Positions 45,959 through 56,339 of a stretch of 64,000 bases of DNA are shown in pieces (within the stretch, counting starts at the first letter, position 1; each line of letters begins with the position of its first letter). The notes under the pieces are model-generated. The model ran no database searches. It worked only from the letters and a program-made list of their open reading frames with translations, and was not told the DNA's origin. Origin of the DNA: Spirochaetia bacterium (GTDB lineage Bacteria > Spirochaetota > Spirochaetia > SZUA-6 > Bin103). The stretch spans positions 736,001-800,000 of the forward strand of contig OZ241863.1 of assembly GCA_965203055.1 (NCBI GenBank). The letters run 5' to 3'. Both the position numbers and the translations under genes were made by a program.

Positions 45959-47011
45959 GTGAGCGGCCGCGCCGCGGCGGGGCGCTACAAGGCCGCCGAG
46001 GTATGCGCGGTGAACGCGGCGCGGCGGCGGGCGGCGGGCGCTGCGAGCCTGGTCATGCGCCCGTGGCGCGCGCTGCGCCGCTTCGGCTTCCAGCAGGTCA
46101 CGGTGATGTTCATTCCGCATTCGGAGCGGCGGGTCGCCAGCCTGCAGCTTTCCATGTTCGGGCTGCTGTTCATGGGGGTGCTGCTGGCCGCGGTGCTGGC
46201 GGTGTTCGTCTCCCTGTCCACCGACTTCACGCGCACCCACGAGCGGTTTCTCGCCGCCAGCCGCTCACTGGCCGCCAGCGAGACTACGGTCGAAGGCATC
46301 GATGACGAGGTGAAGGAACTGCAGCGGGCGGCAACGGAGTTCCGCCGGTCGCTCGAGAGCGTGCTCAACGTGGTCGGCGCCGATGCCGCGCGCGGCGACC
46401 GGACCGGCGGCGCGGGCGCCGACTTGGCCGCGTTCGTAAGCGAGGCGCCGGTGATCCCCGGCGAGGTGCGCAGCCTCACCGAGCTGCGCAGCCTGCGGCG
46501 CTACCTGGAGGGCGCCGGCGGTCCCCTGCGCGAGATCGAGAGCGCGCTGCTGGCGCAGCGGGAGTTGCTGGTGGACATTCCCAGCCGGTGGCCGGTGCAG
46601 GACGGCAAGGGCTACATCACCGCCGACTTCGGCCCCGGCATCCACCCGTTTACCGGGCGCTGGTACATCCACAAGGGGGTAGACATCGCCTGGATGCGCG
46701 GCACCGAGGTGGTCGCGACCGCCAACGGCAAGGTGCAGCGCGTGGCATACGAACCCTACAACCTCGGCCACTTCGTGGTCATCAAGCACAAGTATGGGTT
46801 CGTCACGGTATATGGCCACTTGAACCAGAAGCCGCTGGTTGCGCCGGGCCAGCAGGTGGGACGGGGCACCGTGGTGGGCTACCTGGGGAGCACCGGGTTT
46901 TCGACCGGCCCGCATCTGCACTACGAGGTGCGCATCGCCGAGCAGGTGGTGAACCCGCGCCAGTTCCTGTCGATCGTCGCCAGTTCGCGCGGCGCCGCGG
47001 CGGCGCGTTAG
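45959..47011 (+). CDS. M23-family metallopeptidase (start uncertain)
   Basis: TM segment, coiled coil, HKGVD, YGHL, GSTGFSTGPHLHYEV. Confidence 0.9.
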   Translation: MSGRAAAGRYKAAEVCAVNAARRRAAGAASLVMRPWRALRRFGFQQVTVMFIPHSERRVASLQLSMFGLLFMGVLLAAVLAVFVSLSTDFTRTHERFLAASRSLAASETTVEGIDDEVKELQRAATEFRRSLESVLNVVGADAARGDRTGGAGADLAAFVSEAPVIPGEVRSLTELRSLRRYLEGAGGPLREIESALLAQRELLVDIPSRWPVQDGKGYITADFGPGIHPFTGRWYIHKGVDIAWMRGTEVVATANGKVQRVAYEPYNLGHFVVIKHKYGFVTVYGHLNQKPLVAPGQQVGRGTVVGYLGSTGFSTGPHLHYEVRIAEQVVNPRQFLSIVASSRGAAAAR

Positions 47012-47012
47012 G

Positions 47013-47849
47013 TCAGGAGGTCAGGTCAGGCGCGCCGGCCGCGGAGGCTGGCGGGCTCACGGCCGCCCGGCGCCAGGCCGCCACCTGGACCGCAATTGCC
47101 TGCCGGGCCTGCGCCAGCGCCTCCGCCGCGGCGCGCCGGTCCGGCGCCGGCGGGTGGACCTGCAGCACCTTGATCCGGTAGTGGACCCGGGCGAGGTTGC
47201 GCAAGGCGCGCAGGCGCGAGATGCCGGTGCCGCCATCCAGCGCCGCCACCACGATCGGCAGCCGCGCCTGCTCGGCGAGGAGCCGCAGGCCGGCGCGATG
47301 GAACCGCCCCAGGCGGCCGTCGCGGGAGCGCGTCCCCTCGGGAAACAACGCCAGGCTGCAGGGAGGAAACCGGGAGTCGGAGCGCGGCCGCCGGTCGAGC
47401 CGGGCCAGCCTGAGCAGGGCGCGCCGCGTACGCTGCTGCGCGCCGCGGCGGTCGATGAGCGCGTGACAGCCGTAGCGCAGGCACTTGGAGAGCGTCGGAA
47501 TGCCGCGCTGCAGCGAGCGCTTGGCCACGAACTTCAGCGGATGGCGGGGGAACGCGGCCACCAGCATGAGGATGTCGGCCAGGCTCTGATGGTTGGTCAC
47601 GAGAATGAAACGCCGCGGCAGGGCCGCGGCGTTGGTGTGGAATGAGTATTGCAGGCCGCTCAGGCGCTGCACCGTGGCCAGCATGCGGCGCGCCTGATTC
47701 GCCATGAAGCGCTCCACCCGCTGGCGGCGCTGCGGCATCCAGCGCAACACCAGGGCGAGGCGCAATTCGTTGAACAGGAAGATGACGGCAACGTAGACCA
47801 GCGCCGCGGCGGCGCCCCCGGGCGGCGACCGCCGGGCGGGCTCCGCCAT
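47013..47849 (-). CDS. Lysophospholipid/1-acylglycerol-3-phosphate acyltransferase (PlsC-like)
   Basis: NHQSLAD, FVAK, FPEGTRS motifs. Confidence 0.9.
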   Translation of the reverse strand: MAEPARRSPPGGAAAALVYVAVIFLFNELRLALVLRWMPQRRQRVERFMANQARRMLATVQRLSGLQYSFHTNAAALPRRFILVTNHQSLADILMLVAAFPRHPLKFVAKRSLQRGIPTLSKCLRYGCHALIDRRGAQQRTRRALLRLARLDRRPRSDSRFPPCSLALFPEGTRSRDGRLGRFHRAGLRLLAEQARLPIVVAALDGGTGISRLRALRNLARVHYRIKVLQVHPPAPDRRAAAEALAQARQAIAVQVAAWRRAAVSPPASAAGAPDLTS

Positions 47850-48694
47850 CAGCCGGCGGACCGGGCGGCGCGGCCGAACAGACCGGCCATCTGCGCGGCG
47901 CCGATCACCCGGACGCCGCGGCGCCGCAGGCGGCCGGCCTGCGCCAACCATTGCGGCAGCACGTAACCCCAATCGGCGAGATAGGCGGCGATGCGCGAGT
48001 CGCCGTTGTCGAGCAGGTGATCGAGCTGGTCCTCGACGAACAGGGCGCGCCCGCCGGGGAGCGCATCGAGCTGCGCGGCGATCAGGTCCAGCTTGCGGGC
48101 GTCGGCGCCGGCCGGGTTGCTGGCGGCGTGGAACACGGCCGCGGCGGGCAGCGGGATGGCGTGGGCGCGCAGGATCTCGCGCACCAGCTCCGCCGCCTTG
48201 GTGGAGATGATGCGCACGTTGGCGAGGTCGTACCCGGTCAGCAGCGCGCGCATGTGGGGATAGATGCGGTTGAGAGCCAACCAGCCGCCGCGGTCGCGCT
48301 GCAGGAAGCGGGCGCGGGTCGCGGCCATGGCGCGCTTCCAGGCGGCGATGCGCGCGGCGCCGAGGGCGCTGCGGCAGGCATCGAACTCCTCCTGCGTGGC
48401 CGGGCCGCGGTACTCCGGCTGCGCCTCCTCGCGCGCCAGGAGGTGCTGAATGACCACGTAGTCCTCGCCGGAGCGGATCAGGGGGCGCAGTTCGCGGAAT
48501 CGGCGCCGGGCGCGCAGCGTGATCTGCGGCGGACCGCGGTCCGCGGCGGCCAGCTCGCGCCACGTGAGCCAGCTACTGGCAAAGCATTCCCGCTCCGAAT
48601 CGCACACCACGCCGTCGAAGTCCAGGAACAGGAGGCAGCGTCCGGCCGCGGCGCCGGCCTCAGCCGCCGGCCAGATGCAGCGTCTCGCCGGCAT
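47849..48694 (-). CDS. HAD-like hydrolase
   Basis: LDFDGVVCDS, ISTK, FVED, LADWGY. Confidence 0.8.
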   Translation of the reverse strand: MPARRCIWPAAEAGAAAGRCLLFLDFDGVVCDSERECFASSWLTWRELAAADRGPPQITLRARRRFRELRPLIRSGEDYVVIQHLLAREEAQPEYRGPATQEEFDACRSALGAARIAAWKRAMAATRARFLQRDRGGWLALNRIYPHMRALLTGYDLANVRIISTKAAELVREILRAHAIPLPAAAVFHAASNPAGADARKLDLIAAQLDALPGGRALFVEDQLDHLLDNGDSRIAAYLADWGYVLPQWLAQAGRLRRRGVRVIGAAQMAGLFGRAARSAG

Positions 48695-49925
48695 GATCCA
48701 CGTACAGGACCCCCTCGGCTTCGCGTCCGCGGTAGTCCTGCGGGTCGATGGCGGCGGGGTCGAGGTAGCCGAGATTGACGCGCTCGCAGACCTCCGCGCT
48801 CAGCCCGGTGGCGAGGGTGACGTTGATGCGCGGCCGCTCCACGCCGTCCCGATAGCTGCCCTCGCCCTTTACCAGCGCGGAGTGGGCCAGCACCCCGCGC
48901 GGAACGTGGCTGAACTGCTGCATGCGGGTCCGGTAGTAGTCGGCGACGTGATACCCCACCTGTTCCAGGTAGCGGCCCCAGGTGCGCGACAGCTCGCGGA
49001 TGTGCGGGCCGTACACGATCAGGGTGCCGCCGTCGGCCACCACCGGCTCCAGCTTGTACATCACCTTGCCGCCGACCCACATCTCGTCGTACATCGCCGG
49101 CGCGTGTCCGAACACGGTGTGGAAGGGCCGCGGCTTGCGCACCACGTGCACCCGCGCCGAATGCGCCGCCGCCGCGGGCCAGGCCGCCTCCGGGGCGCCG
49201 ACGTACAGACCCTCCAGGCCGCCGCCGGAGGTCACTACCATGGCGATCAGGTGGCGCGGCACGTCCACCATCCCGGCGGCGCGTTCCACTACGGCGCGGG
49301 CCGGCGTGTCGCGCCGGCCGATGGTCTTGCGGCAGGTGATCACCGCCGACAGCCAGTGGAAGAAGTCGAGGAACTCCCCGCCCGAGATGCCGGGGAACAG
49401 GTACTTGTGGCCGCCGGAGAAGCCCACGATCTCGTGCGGAAACACCGGTCCCACGATCACGATCAGGTCGTATTCGAAGATCGCGCGGTTGATGGTGACG
49501 TCGATCGCCTCCGCGAACAGGCCGCCGGTAAGGCCGGCGATTTCGCGCTCTTCGAAGCGCCCGATCCGGACCAGCGAGTCGGCCCGGTCCCAGCGGTGGT
49601 TCATGAACCGGGAGTCGGGAAAGTCGCGCTCCCTGGCGGCGGCGGACACGCCGTACAGGTCGAGAATGCCCTGCTCGCTCATCACCGGGTGCGTTCCCAG
49701 GGCGACCATGTAGTCCAGCCGCGCCGCGCGCGATCCGATCACCTCCCGCACCGCGCGCACCAGGAGCGGCAGCGGCGCGCTGCGGGTGGCGTCGGGCGTC
49801 AGCGCGAGCACGCGCCGGTTCTCCACCAAGTGCGCGGGCGTGCCGGCCTCGAGGCGCGCGCACACCGCGGGAAAGTCCCACGTTGCGCCGGTGCCGCGCG
49901 GCTTTGCCGCGGCGAGCTGCGCCAT
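48660..49925 (-). CDS. Lactate racemase (LarA)-family nickel-pincer isomerase
   Basis: PDATR, VALGTH, NH, FPHE.VGFSGGHKYLFPG, DGG motifs; GGGAGGAG RBS before ATG 49925. Confidence 0.85.
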   Translation of the reverse strand: MAQLAAAKPRGTGATWDFPAVCARLEAGTPAHLVENRRVLALTPDATRSAPLPLLVRAVREVIGSRAARLDYMVALGTHPVMSEQGILDLYGVSAAARERDFPDSRFMNHRWDRADSLVRIGRFEEREIAGLTGGLFAEAIDVTINRAIFEYDLIVIVGPVFPHEIVGFSGGHKYLFPGISGGEFLDFFHWLSAVITCRKTIGRRDTPARAVVERAAGMVDVPRHLIAMVVTSGGGLEGLYVGAPEAAWPAAAAHSARVHVVRKPRPFHTVFGHAPAMYDEMWVGGKVMYKLEPVVADGGTLIVYGPHIRELSRTWGRYLEQVGYHVADYYRTRMQQFSHVPRGVLAHSALVKGEGSYRDGVERPRINVTLATGLSAEVCERVNLGYLDPAAIDPQDYRGREAEGVLYVDHAGETLHLAGG

Positions 49926-49942
49926 CGCTCCTCCCGCCTCGC

Positions 49943-50857
49943 TCAGCCGGTCCGGGCGCCGGCCGGCGCGGTCCACGGCGGCTCTTCCGGCAGCAGCCGC
50001 TCGAACTCCCGCACCCGCTCGGCCTGGTACGCGCCGGCGTAGGCGCCGGCGAAGAACCGCTCCAACGCCTCGTCCTGCAGCCGCTGCCACGACTCCTCTT
50101 CCGCGCCCGGCGCGATGGGAAAGAACAGCGCCGCCACCGCCTGCGCCGCGCGCCGGTCGCCGGGCGCGTCGCCCACCATCAGGAGGTGGCCGGGGGGGTA
50201 CTTGGCGGCGGCCGCCAGCTTCAGGTGTTCGCTCTTGCTGCCCAGCTCCTGCCCGGCTATTGCGCGCACGTAGCGGTCGAGGCGGTGTTCCTCCCACTCC
50301 CGCTGCAGCGCGTCGCCCGGCGTCGCCGATACCACCACCACGTCCGCCCGTTCCTGCAGCCGCCGGAGGACCTGTTCGACCCCAGGGAACGGCGGCACCC
50401 CCTGCACCATGCGCGCAATGGCGGAGTTCACGGCATTGGACCAGTCGAGCACCCGGCGCAGCTCGGCGTCGTTGCTCTCCCGCACCGCCACCACCAGCTC
50501 CGGGTTGGCCAGACTGGAGGCGCGCTCGGTCCACGCCCGCAGGCGGGCCAGGCGCGGCACCTCCACCGCGGCGCGCCGCACCTCGCGGCGTTCCGCCAGC
50601 AGCTCCATCACCTTGAGCAGCGCCGGGAACCGGTTCGCGCCGCGCCACTGGGAGTACAGGTTGACGAACTCGGCGGCTTCGCGCACGTACTTCGAGATCG
50701 GCTGCAGCGCGAAGTGGCGCACGATCTCGGGGATGAAGCACTCCTTGTGCTTCAGCTCCATGCTGGGGAAGGCGCAGCCGTCGGAATCGATGCCCACGAA
50801 GAAGGAATGGTTCGGCTGCAGGTCACGCAGCGCTCTGTCATCGGTGCCGTTACTCAT
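49943..50857 (-). CDS. HAD-family hydrolase
   Basis: GIDSDGC motif I, VVSAT, GQE.GSK, MVGDAPGD. Confidence 0.85.
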   Translation of the reverse strand: MSNGTDDRALRDLQPNHSFFVGIDSDGCAFPSMELKHKECFIPEIVRHFALQPISKYVREAAEFVNLYSQWRGANRFPALLKVMELLAERREVRRAAVEVPRLARLRAWTERASSLANPELVVAVRESNDAELRRVLDWSNAVNSAIARMVQGVPPFPGVEQVLRRLQERADVVVVSATPGDALQREWEEHRLDRYVRAIAGQELGSKSEHLKLAAAAKYPPGHLLMVGDAPGDRRAAQAVAALFFPIAPGAEEESWQRLQDEALERFFAGAYAGAYQAERVREFERLLPEEPPWTAPAGARTG

Positions 50858-50876
50858 GGTCCGCTCGCAGAGTAGC

Positions 50877-51695
50877 TCATACGTTGTGGATCAGGTAGCC
50901 GCCGTCGATCGGAATGGTGACGCCGGTGATGAAGCCGGCCGCCTGCGCGCTGGCCAGGAACAGGGCGGCGCCGGTCATCTCGCCGGCGGCGGCGAAGCGC
51001 CCGAACGGGGTGTGGTCGATGATCTGCCGCCCGCGCTCGGTGAGCTCGCCGGTGGCGTCGTCCTCGATCAGCAGGCGGCGGTTCTGGTTGGCGACGATGA
51101 AGCCGGGCGCAATGGCGTTGACGCGGATGCCGTGCGGAGCGTACTCCTTGGCGCAGGCCATGGTCAGGTTGACCACGCCGGCCTTGGCCGCGCCATAGGC
51201 CCATACCCCCGACAGCGGCACGTACGAGGCCATGGAAGCGACGTTGATGATGCAGCCGCCGCCGCCGCGCGCGATCCAGAACGCCGCGGTGCGCTTGGTA
51301 GGCACCACCAGGCCGGCGACCAGATTGAGGCGCAGCACCTCCTCGAACAGGGCCACGTCCAGGTCGTTGAACGGCCCCTTGCCGCGGTTGCCGCCGACCC
51401 CGTTGACCAGCACCGTGGGCGCGCCGAGCGCCGCCGCGGTGGCCTCCAGGGCCGCGTCCACCGCGGCTTCGTCGCCGGCGTCGGCCTGCACCCCGCACAG
51501 CCGCTGCCGCCGTTCGGGCACCGCGCCAAGCTGCTCCAGGGCCGCGTCCACCGTCTCCTGCCGGCGGCTCCAGACCGCCACCTTGGCGCCGGCCGCGAGA
51601 AACGCCTCCGCCAGGGCCAGGGCGATGGTGCCGCCGCCGCCGGCCAGCGCCACCACCTGGCCGCGCAGCCCGAAGGTGCGCTCGACGTAGCTCAC
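50877..51695 (-). CDS. Short-chain dehydrogenase, D-mannonate oxidoreductase (UxuB)-like
   Basis: GGGGTI, YGAAK, GIRVNAIAPGF..NQNR.LL...LTERG..IIDHTPFGRF; GTG start. Confidence 0.8.
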   Translation of the reverse strand: MSYVERTFGLRGQVVALAGGGGTIALALAEAFLAAGAKVAVWSRRQETVDAALEQLGAVPERRQRLCGVQADAGDEAAVDAALEATAAALGAPTVLVNGVGGNRGKGPFNDLDVALFEEVLRLNLVAGLVVPTKRTAAFWIARGGGGCIINVASMASYVPLSGVWAYGAAKAGVVNLTMACAKEYAPHGIRVNAIAPGFIVANQNRRLLIEDDATGELTERGRQIIDHTPFGRFAAAGEMTGAALFLASAQAAGFITGVTIPIDGGYLIHNV

Positions 51696-51703
51696 GGCGC
51701 GAC

Positions 51704-53152
51704 TCACTTCAGTTGGCGCGCGGGGGCCTGCGCGCCGGCCAGCCAGTCGGTGTGGAACACCCCCGGGCGGTCCACCCGGCGGTAGGTATGAGCGCCGAAG
51801 TAGTCGCGCTGCGCCTGGATCAGGTTGGCCGGCAGGGTCGCCGAGCGGTAGCTGTCGTAGTAGCTCAACGCCGAGGCGAAGGCCGGCACCGGGATGCCGA
51901 TGGTGGCCGCGGTGGCCACCACCTCGCGCCACTCCCGCTGGCCGTCGTGGACGATCGCCGCGAAGTAGGGGTCCAGCAGCAGGTTGGCCAGCGCCGGGTC
52001 ACGGTCGTAGGCGTCCTTGATCTTGCCGAGAAACTTGGCGCGGATGATGCATCCGCCGCGCCAGATCATGGCGATGGCGCCGTAATCGAGCGCCCAGCCG
52101 TGCTCCTGCGCCGCGGCCCGCATCAGTCCGAAGCCTTGGGCGTAGGAGCAGATCTTCGAGGCGTAGAGCGCTTTGCGCAGCGCTTCCAGGAACTGCTTGG
52201 GGTCGCCGGAGAAGGCGGCCGCGGGACCGCGCAACTGCGCCGCGGCCGCGGTCCGCTCCTGCTTGAGGGCGGAGACGAAGCGCGCGAACACCGCCTCGGC
52301 GATGGTCGGCGCCGGCACCCCCAGGTCCAGAGCGGACTGACTGGTCCACTTGCCGGTGCCCTTCTGGCCCGCCTGGTCGAGAATCACCTCCACCAGCGGC
52401 GCCCCGCTCTCGGGGTCGATCTTGGTGAGGATGTCGGCGGTGATCTCGATCAGGTAGGAGTCGAGCTCGCCGCGGTTCCACTCGGCGAAGGTTGCCTGCA
52501 TTTCGCCGTGGCTCATGCCGAGCGCGAGCTTCATGCAGGCGTACGCTTCGCTGATGAGCTGCATGTCGCCGTACTCGATGCCGTTGTGGATCATCTTCAC
52601 GTAGTGGCCGGCGCCGTCGGCGCCGATATAGGCGCAGCAGGGCTCCTCTTCCACCTTGGCGGCGATGGCGCTGAGGATCGGCGCCACGGCCGCGTAGGCG
52701 CCGCGGTCGCCGCCGGGCATGATGCTCGGCCCGCGCAGCGCGCCCTCTTCCCCGCCGGACACGCCGGTGCCGATATAGCGCAACTGCGCCGCGGCGGCGC
52801 GCTGCGCGCGGCGGATGGTGTCGACGAAGTAGGAGTTGCCGCCGTCGATCAGAATGTCGCCCGGCTCCAGGTGCGGCTCCAGGTCGGCGATGACCTGGTC
52901 CACCGCGCTGCCGGCCTGCACCATCAGCAGGATCTTGCGGGGCCGGACGAGGGACGCCGCCAGCTCCGCCAGCGAAGCCGCCGGCAGCAGCCGCCGTTCG
53001 GCGCCGGCGCCCCGGACGAATTCGTCGAGGGTGCTCCGGGTACGATTGTAGACGGCCACGGTATAACCGCGGCTTTCGATGTTGAGGGCCAGATTCTGAC
53101 CCATCACCGCCATGCCGATGACGCCGATGTCTGCCTGCGAGGGTGTGCTCAT
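51704..53152 (-). CDS. gnd: NADP-dependent 6-phosphogluconate dehydrogenase
   Basis: [48 protein letters not shown]. Confidence 0.98.
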   Translation of the reverse strand: MSTPSQADIGVIGMAVMGQNLALNIESRGYTVAVYNRTRSTLDEFVRGAGAERRLLPAASLAELAASLVRPRKILLMVQAGSAVDQVIADLEPHLEPGDILIDGGNSYFVDTIRRAQRAAAAQLRYIGTGVSGGEEGALRGPSIMPGGDRGAYAAVAPILSAIAAKVEEEPCCAYIGADGAGHYVKMIHNGIEYGDMQLISEAYACMKLALGMSHGEMQATFAEWNRGELDSYLIEITADILTKIDPESGAPLVEVILDQAGQKGTGKWTSQSALDLGVPAPTIAEAVFARFVSALKQERTAAAAQLRGPAAAFSGDPKQFLEALRKALYASKICSYAQGFGLMRAAAQEHGWALDYGAIAMIWRGGCIIRAKFLGKIKDAYDRDPALANLLLDPYFAAIVHDGQREWREVVATAATIGIPVPAFASALSYYDSYRSATLPANLIQAQRDYFGAHTYRRVDRPGVFHTDWLAGAQAPARQLK

Positions 53153-53300
53153 GTTTTTCAAAGGATGGGCGGCGGGCGCGCGCGCCGGGCCGGACCCGCC
53201 GCCATTCTGGCCTGATCGCGCCGCGCGCGCAACCCAACGTGCGCCGCCGGGCGGCGGACGCGCTGCGCGACTCCATCGACGCCGGCGCGTGGCGCTTTCG

Positions 53301-53955
53301 TGGGGAGACGGAGTTGCGCCCGATCGTGCCGATGGTGTTCTATCTGGGAAGCGGACGCTGGCGCTACGCGACCGAGTTCTCGGAGTTGTTCCCGCGTGAG
53401 GTGCGCGGGTGGCGGTGGCTGCCGAGCTTCGAGCACGTGCTGATCGACCATTCGGAGACGGAGCCGGAAGGGGTGCGGGGCAAGTTGAAGGGGAGGCTGG
53501 CGCAGCTGATGATGCTGGCGGTATACCGGGCGGCGGTGGCGTGGCCGGCGCTGGAGCGAGCGTTGCCGCTGCTGGCGAAACTGGCGCGCCGCGGGGGTGG
53601 GGAGCAGAGCATGTTCGTGTGGTACGTGCTGGCGACGCAAAGGGAACCGTTGCGGGGGCGATTTGCCAAGGAACTGCAGCGGCAGATACCGGGACCGGAG
53701 GGAGACATCATGAATTACGTGGAGGAGATCAAGCAACAAGGCCGCCTGGAAGGCCGGCAGGAGGGGCGCCTGGAAGGCCGGCAGGAGGGTGAGCTTAAGG
53801 GCCGGCAGGAGGGCCGGCTGGAGACCATCGAAGAGTTCCTGCGGGCGGGAATCGGGTGGCCGGTGATCCTATCCGCCACCGGCATCGACGAGCACACCTA
53901 CCGGACCCTCAAACGCGACTCCGCCAACGGCGCGGAGCAGGCCGCGCCCCGCTAG
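53301..53955 (+). pseudogene. Rpn-family nuclease copy A1, 5'-truncated (nuclease domain absent)
   Basis: Near-identical to 57707-58433; homology starts abruptly at about 53293-53301; HD, ESDLL and EHQ motifs missing. Confidence 0.85.
53710..53955 (+). CDS. Internal-start small protein (RpnS-like), 81 aa, 7 GRxE-type repeats
   Basis: GGAGGGAG at 53697-53704 followed by in-frame ATG 53710. Confidence 0.65.
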   Translation: MNYVEEIKQQGRLEGRQEGRLEGRQEGELKGRQEGRLETIEEFLRAGIGWPVILSATGIDEHTYRTLKRDSANGAEQAAPR

Positions 53956-53959
53956 CTTC

Positions 53960-54094
53960 CTGCCATCCGGACGCGCGTAGTTGGCGGAGGACGTTGGCGC
54001 TGCCGAGCGACGTGCTGAGAGGCATACAACTGGTTTGTGACGACAATTCGAGCCTGGTCTGATGGGCGGCCACTGCATCGGCGTCGATCCGTAC
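53960..54094 (+). repeat. Decayed, internally deleted duplicate of the 5' part of the nucleotide-sugar dehydrogenase region
   Basis: About 53960-54050 matches 58437-58536; 54047-54094 matches 59288-59335; joined at a shared TCGA. Confidence 0.85.
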
Positions 54095-54131
54095 CAGGCA
54101 GGCCGGTTTCGAACCGCGGCGGCGTTGCGAG

Positions 54132-54315
54132 TTAGCGGGTTGTGATCTGGGCTAGTTCGGTGGCGAGTTTGTCGTACCAGGTTGCGCTTCGGAAGGACTC
54201 GCCGCGTTGCCGCGCTCCGGTACACAGCGCGCGGTAGAGCTGCGGGTCGCCGATCACGCGCCGTATCGCCTCCCGAACCGCGGCCGCACCTGCCGGATTT
54301 CGGCGCTGGCGCCAT
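54132..54315 (-). pseudogene. Glycosyltransferase (GT-B/GT4-like) C-terminal remnant
   Basis: AAVREAIRRVIGDPQLYRALCTGARQRGESF resembles a GT4 C-terminal helix; the rest of the gene is absent. Confidence 0.5.
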
Positions 54316-54325
54316 CTGGCGTCCG

Positions 54326-56257
54326 TCAGCTTACGCGGTGCTCGTCCAGCCATGCCTGAAACATCAGTATGTCCCATATGCAGGCGTCCCACCGGCGGAT
54401 TCCAGCGAGGTGTTCCATCCACCGCATTCTGATCGGTTCCGGCTCAAAGTACCCTTCATCGCGCAGCCGGCTTTCGGCCAACAGCGATTCCGCCCACTCT
54501 CTGAGCGGTCCTCTCAGCCACGACTCCAGCGGAACTCCGAACCCCATCTTGGGCCGCTCGACGAGCCTCCTGGGTACATGCCGATCGAGCACCTGCCGCA
54601 ATATCCACTTGCTCTCGGCCCCTCGAATCTTCATCGCCAACGGCAACCGCCAGGCGAACTCCACCACTCGATGATCGAGAAACGGCGCGCGCGTTTCCAG
54701 GCTCACCCCCATTGCCGCCCGATCCACCTTGACCAGAATGTCATCCGGCAGGTACGTCAACGCGTCGATCCCCATCAGCCGACTCTGGAGGTCAGGAGCG
54801 TCAGGCCATGCCCGATGATCCGACAGGCAGGTTCGAGGCTCTGACGTATGCCGTACGATGGAAGCAGGAGACTTCCAGTGCGACACCAACTGAACGTAGA
54901 GCTGCTCCGGCTCCCGAAAGTCCAGCAGATCAGACACCTTGCAAGCCCGGTCATAAGTCCGCCCCCTTCCCCAATGCGATGGAACCGCGGCAATGGCACC
55001 CCGGTATAATCGCCTCATCCAGTTCGGGACCGGACCCAGGATCCGCCAAAGGGTACGGGTTCTGAAGTATCGTGTATAGCCGCCGAACAGCTCGTCACCG
55101 CCGTCTCCCGACAGAGCGACGGTCACGTGCCGGCGGGTCATGGCGGAGACCAATGAAGTGGGAATCTGCGAAGGGTCCGAAAACGGTTCGTCGTACAGTA
55201 CCGGCAATCCGGGAATGACATCCAACGCATCCTGCGGGGTAACGTACAACTCCGTATGTTCGGTTCCGAGATGCTCCGCGACTTCCTTGGCATGCGCTGC
55301 CTCGTCGTAGCGCGGATCGTCAAATCCGATGGCGAACGTCCGCACCGGTCGCGACGAGCAGGCCTGCATCAACGCTACGATCGTCGATGAATCGATGCCC
55401 CCCGAAAGAAACGCTCCCAAAGGGACATCAGCTACGACCTGAGACGCCACCGCCTGCCGCAACACCTCGTGCAGCGCCTCCACGGCCTCGCCGGCGTCGC
55501 CCTCGAACGGTCGCTCCCGTCCTTCTTCGACAATCTCCCGCAACGACCAGTAGCGTTCTTCTTCCGGCAATTCGCCTGCCGGTGAAGACCCGTTTCCGAA
55601 CGCGAGCTTGACAAACGCGCCCGGCGCCAGTTTTCGAATGCCCCGATAGATGGACCAAGGACCCGGAATGTAGTTGTGCCGCAGGTACAACGCCAGCGCT
55701 TCCCGGTCGATCACCCCGGCAAATGAAGGATGACATGCCAGGGCCTTGAGCTCGGAGGCGAACATGAACACGCCATTCTGCCACCCGAAGTACAGCGGCT
55801 TCTCACCGAGCCGATCCCGCGCCAGGTAGAGCGCCCGTTCCTGCCGGTCCCACACTGCGAACGCGAACATGCCTGTCGCATACCGCAGCGCCGCCGCCAA
55901 TCCGAAGTGCTCGATCGCCGCCAACAGAGACTCCGTATCGGATGCGCCCTGCCAGGCAACCATCGGACCGGATCGAGAATCCAACCGGTGTCTCAGCTCC
56001 TGGTGATTGTATATTTCCCCGTTGAACGAAATGACGTAGCGGCCCGAGTGGGAACACATCGGCTGGTGCCCGGCGGCAGACAGATCGATCACCGCCAGAC
56101 GCCGATGGGCCAACGCGACGCCGGCGGTTCCGTCGAGCCATACGTCCGCGTCGTCCGGTCCGCGATGCGCCAGCACCTCCGCCATCTTCGACGCTATCGG
56201 CCTCGCCAGCGCTCCCGGAAAGCCGCCGCGCTGAACGAACCCTGCTACTCCGCACAT
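54326..56257 (-). CDS. asnB: Asparagine synthase (glutamine-hydrolysing)-like amidotransferase of a polysaccharide locus
   Basis: N-terminal MCG, HRGPD, FNGEIYN, RDRLGEKPLY, LSGGIDSS, LSGDGGDELFGGY, KVDRA. Confidence 0.93.
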   Translation of the reverse strand: MCGVAGFVQRGGFPGALARPIASKMAEVLAHRGPDDADVWLDGTAGVALAHRRLAVIDLSAAGHQPMCSHSGRYVISFNGEIYNHQELRHRLDSRSGPMVAWQGASDTESLLAAIEHFGLAAALRYATGMFAFAVWDRQERALYLARDRLGEKPLYFGWQNGVFMFASELKALACHPSFAGVIDREALALYLRHNYIPGPWSIYRGIRKLAPGAFVKLAFGNGSSPAGELPEEERYWSLREIVEEGRERPFEGDAGEAVEALHEVLRQAVASQVVADVPLGAFLSGGIDSSTIVALMQACSSRPVRTFAIGFDDPRYDEAAHAKEVAEHLGTEHTELYVTPQDALDVIPGLPVLYDEPFSDPSQIPTSLVSAMTRRHVTVALSGDGGDELFGGYTRYFRTRTLWRILGPVPNWMRRLYRGAIAAVPSHWGRGRTYDRACKVSDLLDFREPEQLYVQLVSHWKSPASIVRHTSEPRTCLSDHRAWPDAPDLQSRLMGIDALTYLPDDILVKVDRAAMGVSLETRAPFLDHRVVEFAWRLPLAMKIRGAESKWILRQVLDRHVPRRLVERPKMGFGVPLESWLRGPLREWAESLLAESRLRDEGYFEPEPIRMRWMEHLAGIRRWDACIWDILMFQAWLDEHRVS

Positions 56258-56339
56258 TCTGGCAAATATGCTAACAGTCGAGTCGCGCAATCACGATATG
56301 AACACCGCAGCGGCAACGAGCCGACGCGCAGAGCGACGC

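Noticed and set aside
53143..53300. N-terminal 50 aa of ORF 53143-53955 as a real novel fusion
   Set aside because: It overlaps the gnd start on the opposite strand, has no RBS, and is just open GC-rich sequence upstream of the truncation point.
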